In this document: piece by piece, positions 20,401-25,558 of the stretch | Position numbering within the stretch: position 1 is the first letter of the stretch | Layout of the letters: every line of letters begins with the position of its first letter | NCBI GenBank assembly: GCA_037446635.1 | Contig: JBBIIG010000021.1 | Coordinates: 26,508 to 65,161, forward strand | Direction: 5' to 3' | From: a bacterium | GTDB taxonomy: Bacteria; Zhuqueibacterota; Zhuqueibacteria; Oceanimicrobiales; Oceanimicrobiaceae | Length of the DNA stretch: 38,654 nucleotides | Notes under the pieces: generated by a model | Databases searched by the model: none | What the model saw: the letters and a program-made list of their open reading frames with translations, nothing else | Told to the model about the DNA's origin: nothing | Position numbers and translations under genes: made by a program

Positions 20401-20516
20401 GAATTGGAGGCTGTAGAAATTTTGTTGAGAATCAAAGCTGGTTGGTCCAGATGTAAGTTCATAAGATGCCGCTTTGTTTTGCTTAAATTTGAGGAGAGCG
20501 TACATACATAAAACAT
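11421..20516 (-). CDS. Giant glutamate-synthase-related fusion: FAD-binding oxidoreductase + 4Fe-4S modules + degenerate FMN barrel + Glu_synthase FMN barrel + class II GATase + GXGXG domain
   Basis: PRGRGT..GG and FDP..ILNPGK (VAO/GlcD-type FAD, ~19850-18580). CxxCxxC motifs at ~18395, 17894 and 17649. MSLGS, TGEGG, KFAQGAKPGLGGH, GGTGAAP, ASGGIR and CNRCGNC..GGC (~16240-14910). ERDACG, RGNGRGGG, GHQRFPT, HPF, HNGDFANY, TDTE, DGPW and LRP (~14760-13100). GQRYLGTG, GSPGQDIG and GNTGVYGAKGG (~12660-12040). Alternative start 20462. Confidence 0.88.
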   Translation of the reverse strand: MFYVCTLSSNLSKTKRHLMNLHLDQPALILNKISTASNSNSAAPAEDERRAFSQRLALEQFFNGGREKTFANLGRVSVDAQEGFPWQLGEVQRNRLKVMIDNDQLFSAQLNGNLSTADLLAFAAAGARPTNNRLHDAIGAWWRSRENSPLWEREHDATPKPMAFFEKLSTKRAQKLLENIVSNLGFGEEEAEALFKTEPFSRRTVYTRDYAAIPKKLRALFNITPQLIFAPRTVDHLKKFLAYASKNKINIAPRGRGTWALGGALLTKGGVVLEMAAFEKRIFVEPEKQTITVSAAVDFNEAEEALNRHHLTLKVRPSNKYGVIAGFISVGEPFKGGLGLNAFGFGHIRDTVESIRVVGVDGEEKLVEKSAPDFAYYFGANGRFGVVTEVTLKARPKPAADFPVVLNFNDSQSAFKFLQMLSVDVKSARVPFKPIHVEFFGKAYLDQIQKIKSEEKSSDLFSPDLIKSNSPARDTVLLVFDSAADRDAFVDYAKPNCEVASPKVAEALWDERFAPMKLRKKGDLLTAEVILPLSQVDGYLKSVSDLASKLGIEILPVAYLLNSDEALVLPQFLSDRRLKFQYYRHFSLAPVLARRAIKKFGGRPYGFGLWFAGLSRRALGVKVFRDLKRAKDRFDPARILNPGKITEIRSRGHNLLGKLLLHERSIDLLDLALRTQARFKLRGKVKEKLQSDQTLPYKRENFDALHRCIKCSACMICPLAQIWEKSGDPKLMKDAIYITPRFKMEFMQQHLFEGKKLSQEDVDRFVLCFRCGVAERETVCPISDMLLEVENGGSPACQKKLPTYDDFETLLRKEGYDVDGAIARYMDILKTHPGVARAMKEVLGNYRVPKSGDLTTLQPKTDFAIYKVEVDRDRCINCGKCGDEHTTSQRGFWDPRHPRQMVSLDDLLRELDGKVPKAWFNDAGGPIPKALKLQGQSNGEYIHFPKPAQIDLGHQHCNGCLYCVIECPVDAIRVNINDYYVNLAGEDFTREDVRRINEEARTGGVPTSGTGSTGLFGGKGFDRYMFDFSVIVRPTRDGIREAIDIGVNLGRKPLFHLFDETNGNGFPRLKTHFNTLDLPTPILLELPALPGRKQTRDLASIFARTAHREGTILILDFFKFIENFDALHPFAGNIGLRLLPEEIDTINTWRTKAEDKRLESFKRIPLIEFSGASLKSIAELRENFSSKLVVSHLVECEVGAEPDDVADRVLELAKAGAEIIHLNCHYNSQKGYHESADIIQVCYEKLLSESLHTQVSIIANGIKSPADLGIAMMMGASALVLDRAALVALNHEFPMLEKRGEPLPEIDPDEGGQRLHNLFKSWHKQIQEVLGAFGVRDIRRTVGETGRLIDLRQREQKMRAIVEDEKLRRLAISVNEKKVKEDGELAKAASWKFSELSKLIKVVPPPNANLLGERKASLESMLSARGDRRWNADVLTATWMMASGAVPSHKVPQTGADFGGGSFDCAKFGSVNFNGLPAQAGKTMSLESAVEEVDRALRAGDPQVLAALDAISISAGVINKHRRPECQPYVNHFPIDAADMSLGSIGWKLTLARYLAGATLKRFTGTGEGGFPLEKFERLQKFFPNLSNDELRWLGKQLEYWVATQTATGYFGVNEDTIRRVRKVVLKFAQGAKPGLGGHILGAKVTSQVEDLRGVIAGISVFSPFPFHDVYSIEDVTKMLEWLRTINPDAILTVKISTPVDVYHVALGLVTGGADEIQIDATAGGTGAAPDIARNRIAMPLEYGLSDVHKFLVEQGVRNKVTLVASGGIRSAYDMAKALILGADKVILGTQEIVAQQCNRCGNCEAPGGCQKGITTTVEQLEEQKEILLNAQWLINTQVSVMQHVMKMMYVWGVKDIRELRGRTDLISDWGWREIDERKSKSENRKAEAAQAGGAKSRTRSVVVNEWDKTKEEPSERDACGVVSFACTKPVPVESIQTACQRMHNRGNGRGGGILGLGGIFADDFEDCYAFQIIALTPEKQRQQKMLEIARQHLSDFDVFDRNGRTVEISSANLERFRNPRVQKDGRDITFEEAGLAVDPGDMYRFFVRAKKEVLLDFAQQVLDDCRLADCDRKILANGHPRELLQNLNIAGKWIDYFVKYFDLLTDDYLDDIDPDSKFWEAPEYKDLWRDLEDEFIYRRAFEINQKFYIEPQQRGANPEAFVASMMKDGGIWKLVGYAEQAADYWIVGDAEYISNNEISKIENRKTKIEVIPAQNNCSVVIYNRGAHIWIGHQRFPTVFSPYSGGSHPFYGRVYEALIHNGDFANYVAMVRFWDQFGGAPQFRTDTEMAAKAYSILKQMGYPQTHIIEAIAPTTGIDLQRLKKVNPELAADFEAIQKTHVGGSPDGPWFFIIGDQDAVTRDLRIIGLTDTSVLRPSVFVWQQSHNGKWASIGLVGSEEQACRSVMDALYHSGVLASNEPDRVRIVRGGSVEQDSEGDVRGGGALIYHLRRKARGEYKFEIADKFGNILPQERGAHYDMRQPINFESEEVQFVAKNLFDELGRLRFQKAEEIFGFVKTNAKNWEYNTFRWLVEALAHNENSDEALTLAIAALTLIRDRMQGIDVGADTKKRALLIQMVNEGLNAAFDEIEIINKGQSGRKFHRVTRFCYRDIPTCSDDRQVLVVDASGFPAEGHDSLARALIGAYEKGWHKFIVYKITGQRYLGTGFGPNTQGLELHLYGSPGQDIGNSLMGGTVHVHADAQSDMAKIIHSGTVVVHGLAGNTGVYGAKGGEIFVRDNVGTRWVINSVSSPTGPGLKVVIVGSAMEYLAESLMGGMVLMLGLEWDEQGVLRRKYLPFAGNSILAGASAGKVIIYDPDDRITKAQFANALDVGFLSEDWVAVYRNLANLVKRTFSEKNWQDYLERWRSLAKYTLKSEDWPLAEKQDALDSLLDLLSDVPETVTDFQQLNRDSQALKSLIEERFTGKEWRTLVRLFGQVIKECDWKDGLELMERMMDWKEVVELLQKVDHYFSLGLTKENGWFYLPINGKRTEIRRADFKVLRPLKPEEKNRREEEGLAEIAVLETKLMGVAV
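13887..13925. repeat. In-frame 7-bp tandem repeat (AAAA[N]CG on -) within the GATase domain
   Basis: On -: AATTTCG AAAATCG AAAACCG AAAAACG AAAATCG, encoding ISKIENRKTKIE. Confidence 0.7.
14851..14896. repeat. In-frame 7-bp tandem repeat in the FMN-GATase linker
   Basis: On -: AAATCGA TGAGCGA AAATCGA AAAGCGA AAATCGG AAAGCGG, encoding EIDERKSKSENRKAE. Confidence 0.7.
16074..16093. repeat. Perfect 20-bp palindrome inside coding sequence
   Basis: GCCTGCCTGCGCAGGCAGGC (encodes GLPAQAG). Partial copy CCTGCCTGCGCAG at 14839-14851. Confidence 0.75.
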
Positions 20517-20651
20517 TCATGTTATAGCTTCAATACCGGTCAATTGGCGATAATTTGAAATGTCTCGCGGTGAATTGATTATCGACTTGGTTACACAAAA
20601 AACTTAGCTCAGCGTGCAAAACGATTTCGCTAAAAAAAATTAAAAAATCGC

Positions 20652-20679
20652 TTGACAATCACATAAAACCGGTTATATT
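20652..20679 (+). promoter_or_regulatory. Sigma70-type promoter for the ROK operon
   Basis: TTGACA (20652-20657), 16-bp spacer, TATATT (20674-20679), preceded by an A-rich UP-like tract. Confidence 0.7.
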
Positions 20680-20702
20680 AGTTGGTTGTTCAAACCAAAT
20701 AT
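20678..20702. promoter_or_regulatory. Putative ROK-repressor operator 1
   Basis: TTAGTTGGTTGTTCAAACCAAATAT, overlapping the -10/+1 region. It shares TTAGTTGGTT with the site at 21988. Confidence 0.65.
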
Positions 20703-20732
20703 ATTTCCCGGTCTGCTTTCCCCGGAGGCGTG

Positions 20733-21934
20733 TTGAAAATAAATCAAGACAACTTCATCGGCGGAAACGCAAAATTAGTCCGCAGCATCAACCGCGCTGT
20801 CATTCTCAACCTCATTCGCGAGAATCAACCCATCAGCCGCATCGAAATTGCGCGGCTGACCGGCCTGAACAAAAGCACGGTGTCCAGCATCGTCACCGAT
20901 TTATTAGAGGAAGACCTTCTCTACCAACAAGTCGAGCCCACGCCAAATGTCGGGCGCAACCCAATTAACTTGTGTCTAAAATTAGGCACCCACTTTGTCG
21001 GCGCCATCAACTTCGATTTCACACCGTCGCGCATCGCTATTGCCGACTTGGACGGCAGCATCAAAGAAACGGTGACCATCGAGGCGGTATCGGAAGACCC
21101 GCAGGCATTTGTCGCGCACTGCGTCGATGAGTTGTTTAAATTAAAAGCCCGCCTCAACATCGATCATCTTGAAGGCATTGGCGTCAGCGTGGCAGGCATC
21201 GTCGATCCGGTAAAAGCAGAGGTGGTGTTCGCCCCGCGTCTCGGTTGGGAAGATTTTAAGCTCGGCGAACTTCTGGAAAAATTGTGCCCGCCGGAAACGT
21301 TCGTCACCATCGACAACGACGCCCGCGCCTCGGCGCTGGCCGAATTGTGGTACGGCAATCACGATTTGAATCTCTCCAATTTTGTGTTTCTCTCGGTCGG
21401 GCCCGGCATTGGCACTGGCATCGTGGTGGGCAAAAATCTCATTTACGGAGATTCTTCCGCTGCCGGCGAATTCGGCCACATGACCCTGTTTGAAAGCGAT
21501 GTTTTGTGCACCTGCGGAAACTATGGCTGCTGGGAGGCCTATGCCTCGGAGCGGGCGACTATCAAACGCTACGCGGCCAAAAAATCACTCGCCGCGGCCA
21601 GCAGCTTGTCATTTCAGGATATTTTGGACGCAGCGATGAGCGGCGATCCCCACGCCAGCGAAATTTTACTCGAAACCGGCCATTATTTGGGGCTCGGCAT
21701 GGCCAATATCATCAAAGCGCTCGATCCAGAGGCAATTGTCATCGGCGGCCGCATTACCGCCGCCTGGGATATCATCTATCCCGAAATCATGCAAACCCTG
21801 TCACAGCGCGCGTTTTTTGGTAAAAAAAAACTTTACGAATCTTGCCAACTTCACTAAAAGTGCGGCCGCGCTTGTTGGGCGCCGCCACCTTAGCCATAAA
21901 GGAAATATTCAGCGACTTCCGGATCACACGTTAA
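20733..21934 (+). CDS. ROK-family transcriptional repressor (XylR/NagC-like), frameshifted at the A9 run 21822-21830
   Basis: N-terminal HTH (ISRIEIARLTGLNKSTVSSIV), NDA, GEFGH and CTCGNYGCWE. The ORF-track frame stops at 21857, but the -1 frame gives TLRILPTSLKVRPRLLGAATLAIKEIFSDFRITR* ending at 21934. GGAGG supports a start at 20730/20733. Confidence 0.88.
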
Positions 21935-21987
21935 ACTGCAATTTTGAAAATCAATCAAACTCGTTGGCGGTGTTTTTATGGCTAAAA

Positions 21988-22012
21988 TTAGTTGGTTTAG
22001 ACAACAAACTTA
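21988..22012. promoter_or_regulatory. Putative ROK-repressor operator 2 (XylR-box-like)
   Basis: TTAGTTGGTTTAGACAACAAACTTA, an imperfect palindrome 30 bp upstream of the kinase start. Confidence 0.7.
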
Positions 22013-22041
22013 ATTGATATGCTTGCTCATGGCGACTAAGA

Positions 22042-23046
22042 ATGAAAAAACCGGCTACGTTAGGCATTGATATCGGCGGTACGAACACAACTCTGGGTTT
22101 GGTGGATGCGGAAGGCAATTGCGTATATGAAGAATCATTTCCGACCCATGCACATGAATCGTTTTCAATTTTTCATCTTCGGCTCATAAAAAAAATAACC
22201 GCGATCCAGGAAAAATATGGCGACCAATACGAGGTGGTTGGAATTGGCGCGGCCGCGCCCACGGGAAATTATTCCCGCGGCGTCATCGAAGCTCCCTCCA
22301 ACTTCAAATGGGGAAAGGTTGATTTTGTGAATATTTTAAGCAGCCATTATCACTTGCCGGTGGCCATCACCAACGATGCCAAGGCGGCCGCGCTCGGAGA
22401 AATGGAATACGGCGCCGCCAGGGGGATGCAAAACTTTATGGTGGTGACCCTGGGCACGGGCGTCGGCAGCGGCATCGTAGTGAACGGTCAACTCATTTAC
22501 GGCCACGACGGCTTAGCCGGGGAATTCGGTCACACCACCGTTGAGCACGGCGGACGGCAATGCGGCTGCGGCCGGCTTGGCTGCCTCGAAACCTACGTCT
22601 CGTCCCGCGGCATTTGCCGAACTGTGTTCGAGCTGCTGGCCCGTTCCACTTGCGCCAGCGAACTTCGCCAGATTTCTTTCAACGATTTGACATCCGAAAA
22701 AATTTATCACGCGGCGCTGCGCCGTGATCCCCTTGCCGTGCAGGCCTTTGAATACACCGGAAAAATTTTGGGGCGCGCCCTCGCCGACGCTGTAACCTAT
22801 TTCAGCCCGCAAGCCATCATCCTTTATGGCGGTCTGGCAAAATCCGGCGAGCTTTTGCTCGCACCCACCCGGCGCTATTTTGAAAGCAGCCTGCTCGATA
22901 TCTACAAAAGCAAAATCGCGGTTTTGGTTTCTAAGGTGGCGAATGGCAGCGCCGCGGTGCTGGGCGCCAGCGCGCTCATTCGCCAGGAAATCGCAAAATC
23001 GCGAGACGGCGCAACGCTTAGAATTAATGGGATGATGGACGAATGA
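22042..23046 (+). CDS. ROK-family sugar kinase (glucokinase / GlcNAc kinase-like)
   Basis: GIDIGGT, NDAKAAALGE, TLGTGVGSG, GEFGH and CGCGRLGCLE. No HTH domain. Confidence 0.9.
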   Translation: MKKPATLGIDIGGTNTTLGLVDAEGNCVYEESFPTHAHESFSIFHLRLIKKITAIQEKYGDQYEVVGIGAAAPTGNYSRGVIEAPSNFKWGKVDFVNILSSHYHLPVAITNDAKAAALGEMEYGAARGMQNFMVVTLGTGVGSGIVVNGQLIYGHDGLAGEFGHTTVEHGGRQCGCGRLGCLETYVSSRGICRTVFELLARSTCASELRQISFNDLTSEKIYHAALRRDPLAVQAFEYTGKILGRALADAVTYFSPQAIILYGGLAKSGELLLAPTRRYFESSLLDIYKSKIAVLVSKVANGSAAVLGASALIRQEIAKSRDGATLRINGMMDE

Positions 23047-25382
23047 AACGTACCATCTCAAAAGTCGAAGAAATCGCCATTAGCCAAAGTGGTGAAAAAC
23101 TTATCTACTCGCCGCGCGAAAAAATCGCGACGATCGTCGTCGAAAATTTTCCGGCCCTCGGCAAGCTCGTCGCGCTGCGATTTATCGAATGGGCGCAGAA
23201 AAACGCCGGCTGGACCATCGCCCTCCCCACTGGCAAAACGCCCGAGCATTTTATCAAATGGGTGACGTACATTCTCAGCAACTGGCGCAGTCAAAAGGTT
23301 ATCAAGCTTTTGGAAGATTACGGCTTGGACCCCGCCATTAAGCCGGAAATGAAAAGCTTTTATTTCATTCAAATCGACGAGTTTTATCCCATCAATTCCT
23401 GGCAGCACAACAGCTTCTATTATTATGTGAATAAGTACTACCTCGAGGGCTTCGACCTCGACCCGCAAAAAGCGCTGCTGATCAATCCGAACGTCATCGG
23501 CCTGAGCCGCGATCAAAAATTGGAAGACATCTGGCCGCAAAACCTCGTTGATCTCACGCTCAGGACGCGCCATCCCGTTGATATTTTTGAAAAACGCCGC
23601 AAGCAAGTTTTAGACGCCGTCGATCAATTTTGCACCGACTACGAACGCAAGATTCGCGCGCTCGGCGGCATCGGATTTTTCCTCGGCGGCATTGGGCCAG
23701 ATGGCCACATCGGCTTCAACGTCGAAGGCTCGGATCACTTCTCAACCACCCGGCTCACCACTACCAATTACGAAACCCAGGCCGCTGCGGCCACGGATTT
23801 GGGCGGCATCGAAATCTCGCGCAACCGGCTCGTCATCACCATCGGGCTGCAAACCATCGTTCATAATCCGCAAACCACCGCCATCATCATGGCGGCCGGC
23901 GAGGCCAAAGCCGCGATTGTCGCCAAATCGATTGAATCGGAAAAAAGCAATGCCGTGCCGGCCTCGGTATTGCAGGAATTGCCCAATGCGACTTTTTACA
24001 TCACGCGCGGCGCAGCCAAATTACTCCTCGAACGGCGCTGCCATCACTTAAAAAAACAAGCGTTGACTAGCGACGATCAACTTCGCATATTCACTGACCT
24101 CGCGCTGGAGAATAAAAAACAGATCGTCGATCTCAACGAAGATGATTTTCAGCGCTCGCCATTTGGAAAACTGCTCTTGGAACGGCTCTCCAGCCCGCTG
24201 CCGCCGCTGCTCAAAAAAATCGAAACCGATTATCAGCAGCACATTCTGCGCGCCATGGATGCGCATCGCAACGAGATCTTCCTGCACACGGCGCCGCATC
24301 ATGATGACATCATGCTGGCCTATCTCCCCTATCTCGTGCGGCTGATGCGCGACCCCTCCAACAAACATTATTTCAATTATCTCACGAGCGGCTTCAACGC
24401 CGTTACCAACACTCACGTTCTCCACTTTATTGAAATCACTGCGCGCTTTTTGAAAACGCCAAAATTCAACGCGCTTTTGCAGGAGAATTATTTTCATCCC
24501 ACTCACGTCGCTTTTAGAAATCGCGACGTGCTGCACTATCTCGATGGTTTGGCCGCAGACGATCAATATGAAATGGAAACCGCGATGGCGCGGCGTTTTC
24601 TCAGAAACCTCGTCGAGATTTACGGCGAACAATCTCAAGCTGAATTTGAACGCCGCCTCGAAGAGCTGGCCGTCTACCTCAAAAAACAATACCCCGGCGC
24701 CAAAGATCGTCCGGATGTTCAGAAATTGAAGGGCATGATTCGCGAATGGGAAGGCGATATCAAATGGGGGTATTTCGGCCACAGCACCGAGGCCGTCATC
24801 CACTCGCGATTGGGATTTTACACCGGCGATATCTTCACCGAAGAGCCGGATATCGATCGCGACGTGCCGCCCATCCTCGCAACCTTGAAACGCGTGCGGC
24901 CAACCATTGTCACCGTCGCTTTTGATCCGGAAGGCAGTGGCCCGGACACCCATTACAAAGTGCTGCAAGCGATTTCTTCCGCGCTCAAGCTTTATCAAAA
25001 AGAATTTCCAGCGGCGAAAATCAAAGTTTGGGGATATCGCAACGTTTGGTACCGCTATCACCCCAGCGAGGCCAATCTTTTCATTCCAGTAACCCTGAAC
25101 GGAATGGCAATCATGAAAGACGTTTTTCTCAACGCCTTTCGCTCGCAAGCCACTGCCTCGTTTCCGAGCTATGAATACGACGGGCCGTTCTCCGGACTTG
25201 CCAAAAAAATTCAGGTCGAGCAATATCAATTCATGCGCACGATTCTCGGCAGCGATTTCTTCTATCATAATCCTGATTCGCGCGTGCGCTCCACCCGCGG
25301 CTTCATCTACTTGAAGGTGATGGAGTTGGACGAATTTTTCACCCACTCGCGCGAGTTGCGCAAGAAGACAGAAGATTTGTAA
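23043..25382 (+). CDS. nagB: Glucosamine-6-phosphate deaminase fused to a PIG-L/LmbE-like deacetylase domain
   Basis: LPTGKTP, IDEFYP, GGIGPDGHIGFN and PASVLQ in the N-half. APHHDD and GPDTHYK in the C-half. Confidence 0.85.
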   Translation: MKRTISKVEEIAISQSGEKLIYSPREKIATIVVENFPALGKLVALRFIEWAQKNAGWTIALPTGKTPEHFIKWVTYILSNWRSQKVIKLLEDYGLDPAIKPEMKSFYFIQIDEFYPINSWQHNSFYYYVNKYYLEGFDLDPQKALLINPNVIGLSRDQKLEDIWPQNLVDLTLRTRHPVDIFEKRRKQVLDAVDQFCTDYERKIRALGGIGFFLGGIGPDGHIGFNVEGSDHFSTTRLTTTNYETQAAAATDLGGIEISRNRLVITIGLQTIVHNPQTTAIIMAAGEAKAAIVAKSIESEKSNAVPASVLQELPNATFYITRGAAKLLLERRCHHLKKQALTSDDQLRIFTDLALENKKQIVDLNEDDFQRSPFGKLLLERLSSPLPPLLKKIETDYQQHILRAMDAHRNEIFLHTAPHHDDIMLAYLPYLVRLMRDPSNKHYFNYLTSGFNAVTNTHVLHFIEITARFLKTPKFNALLQENYFHPTHVAFRNRDVLHYLDGLAADDQYEMETAMARRFLRNLVEIYGEQSQAEFERRLEELAVYLKKQYPGAKDRPDVQKLKGMIREWEGDIKWGYFGHSTEAVIHSRLGFYTGDIFTEEPDIDRDVPPILATLKRVRPTIVTVAFDPEGSGPDTHYKVLQAISSALKLYQKEFPAAKIKVWGYRNVWYRYHPSEANLFIPVTLNGMAIMKDVFLNAFRSQATASFPSYEYDGPFSGLAKKIQVEQYQFMRTILGSDFFYHNPDSRVRSTRGFIYLKVMELDEFFTHSRELRKKTEDL

Positions 25383-25403
25383 CCCTTTGGGGTTGGCTCC
25401 TCT

Positions 25404-25477
25404 TTCCCACGCAGGAGCGTGGGAACGCCAGCGCGGGCCGAGAGTTCTCCGCCGCTCCCACGCAGAGCGTGGGAGCG
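25404..25477. repeat. Two REP-like palindromes in tandem
   Basis: TTCCCACGC-AGGA-GCGTGGGAA (25404-25425) and CGCTCCCACGC-AGA-GCGTGGGAGCG (25453-25477). Confidence 0.8.
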
Positions 25478-25495
25478 AGAATAATTTCGGATTTG

Positions 25496-25527
25496 TTTCG
25501 AGCTTCGGTTTTCGATATTCGAATTTT
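25496..25527. repeat. Intergenic 7-bp tandem repeat (TTCG core)
   Basis: TTTCGAG CTTCGGT TTTCGAT ATTCGAA. Confidence 0.6.
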
Positions 25528-25558
25528 CTAATCTCAAAAGCCTCGAAAGGAGGTAATC

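Noticed and set aside
11421..20516. Calling the giant ORF gltB, an NRPS/PKS, or an intein-containing protein
   Set aside because: Domain order and size differ from GltB. No A/C/KS motifs and no intein or LAGLIDADG motifs were seen.
20520..20640. Promoter or sigma54 site for the giant gene
   Set aside because: TTGACC..TATAAC spacing is only 11 bp. The TGGCG motif lacks the GC at -12 and faces the wrong way.
25404..25477. Possible mini-CRISPR (two palindromic repeats with a ~27-bp spacer)
   Set aside because: Only two non-identical units, REP-like sequence, and no cas genes.
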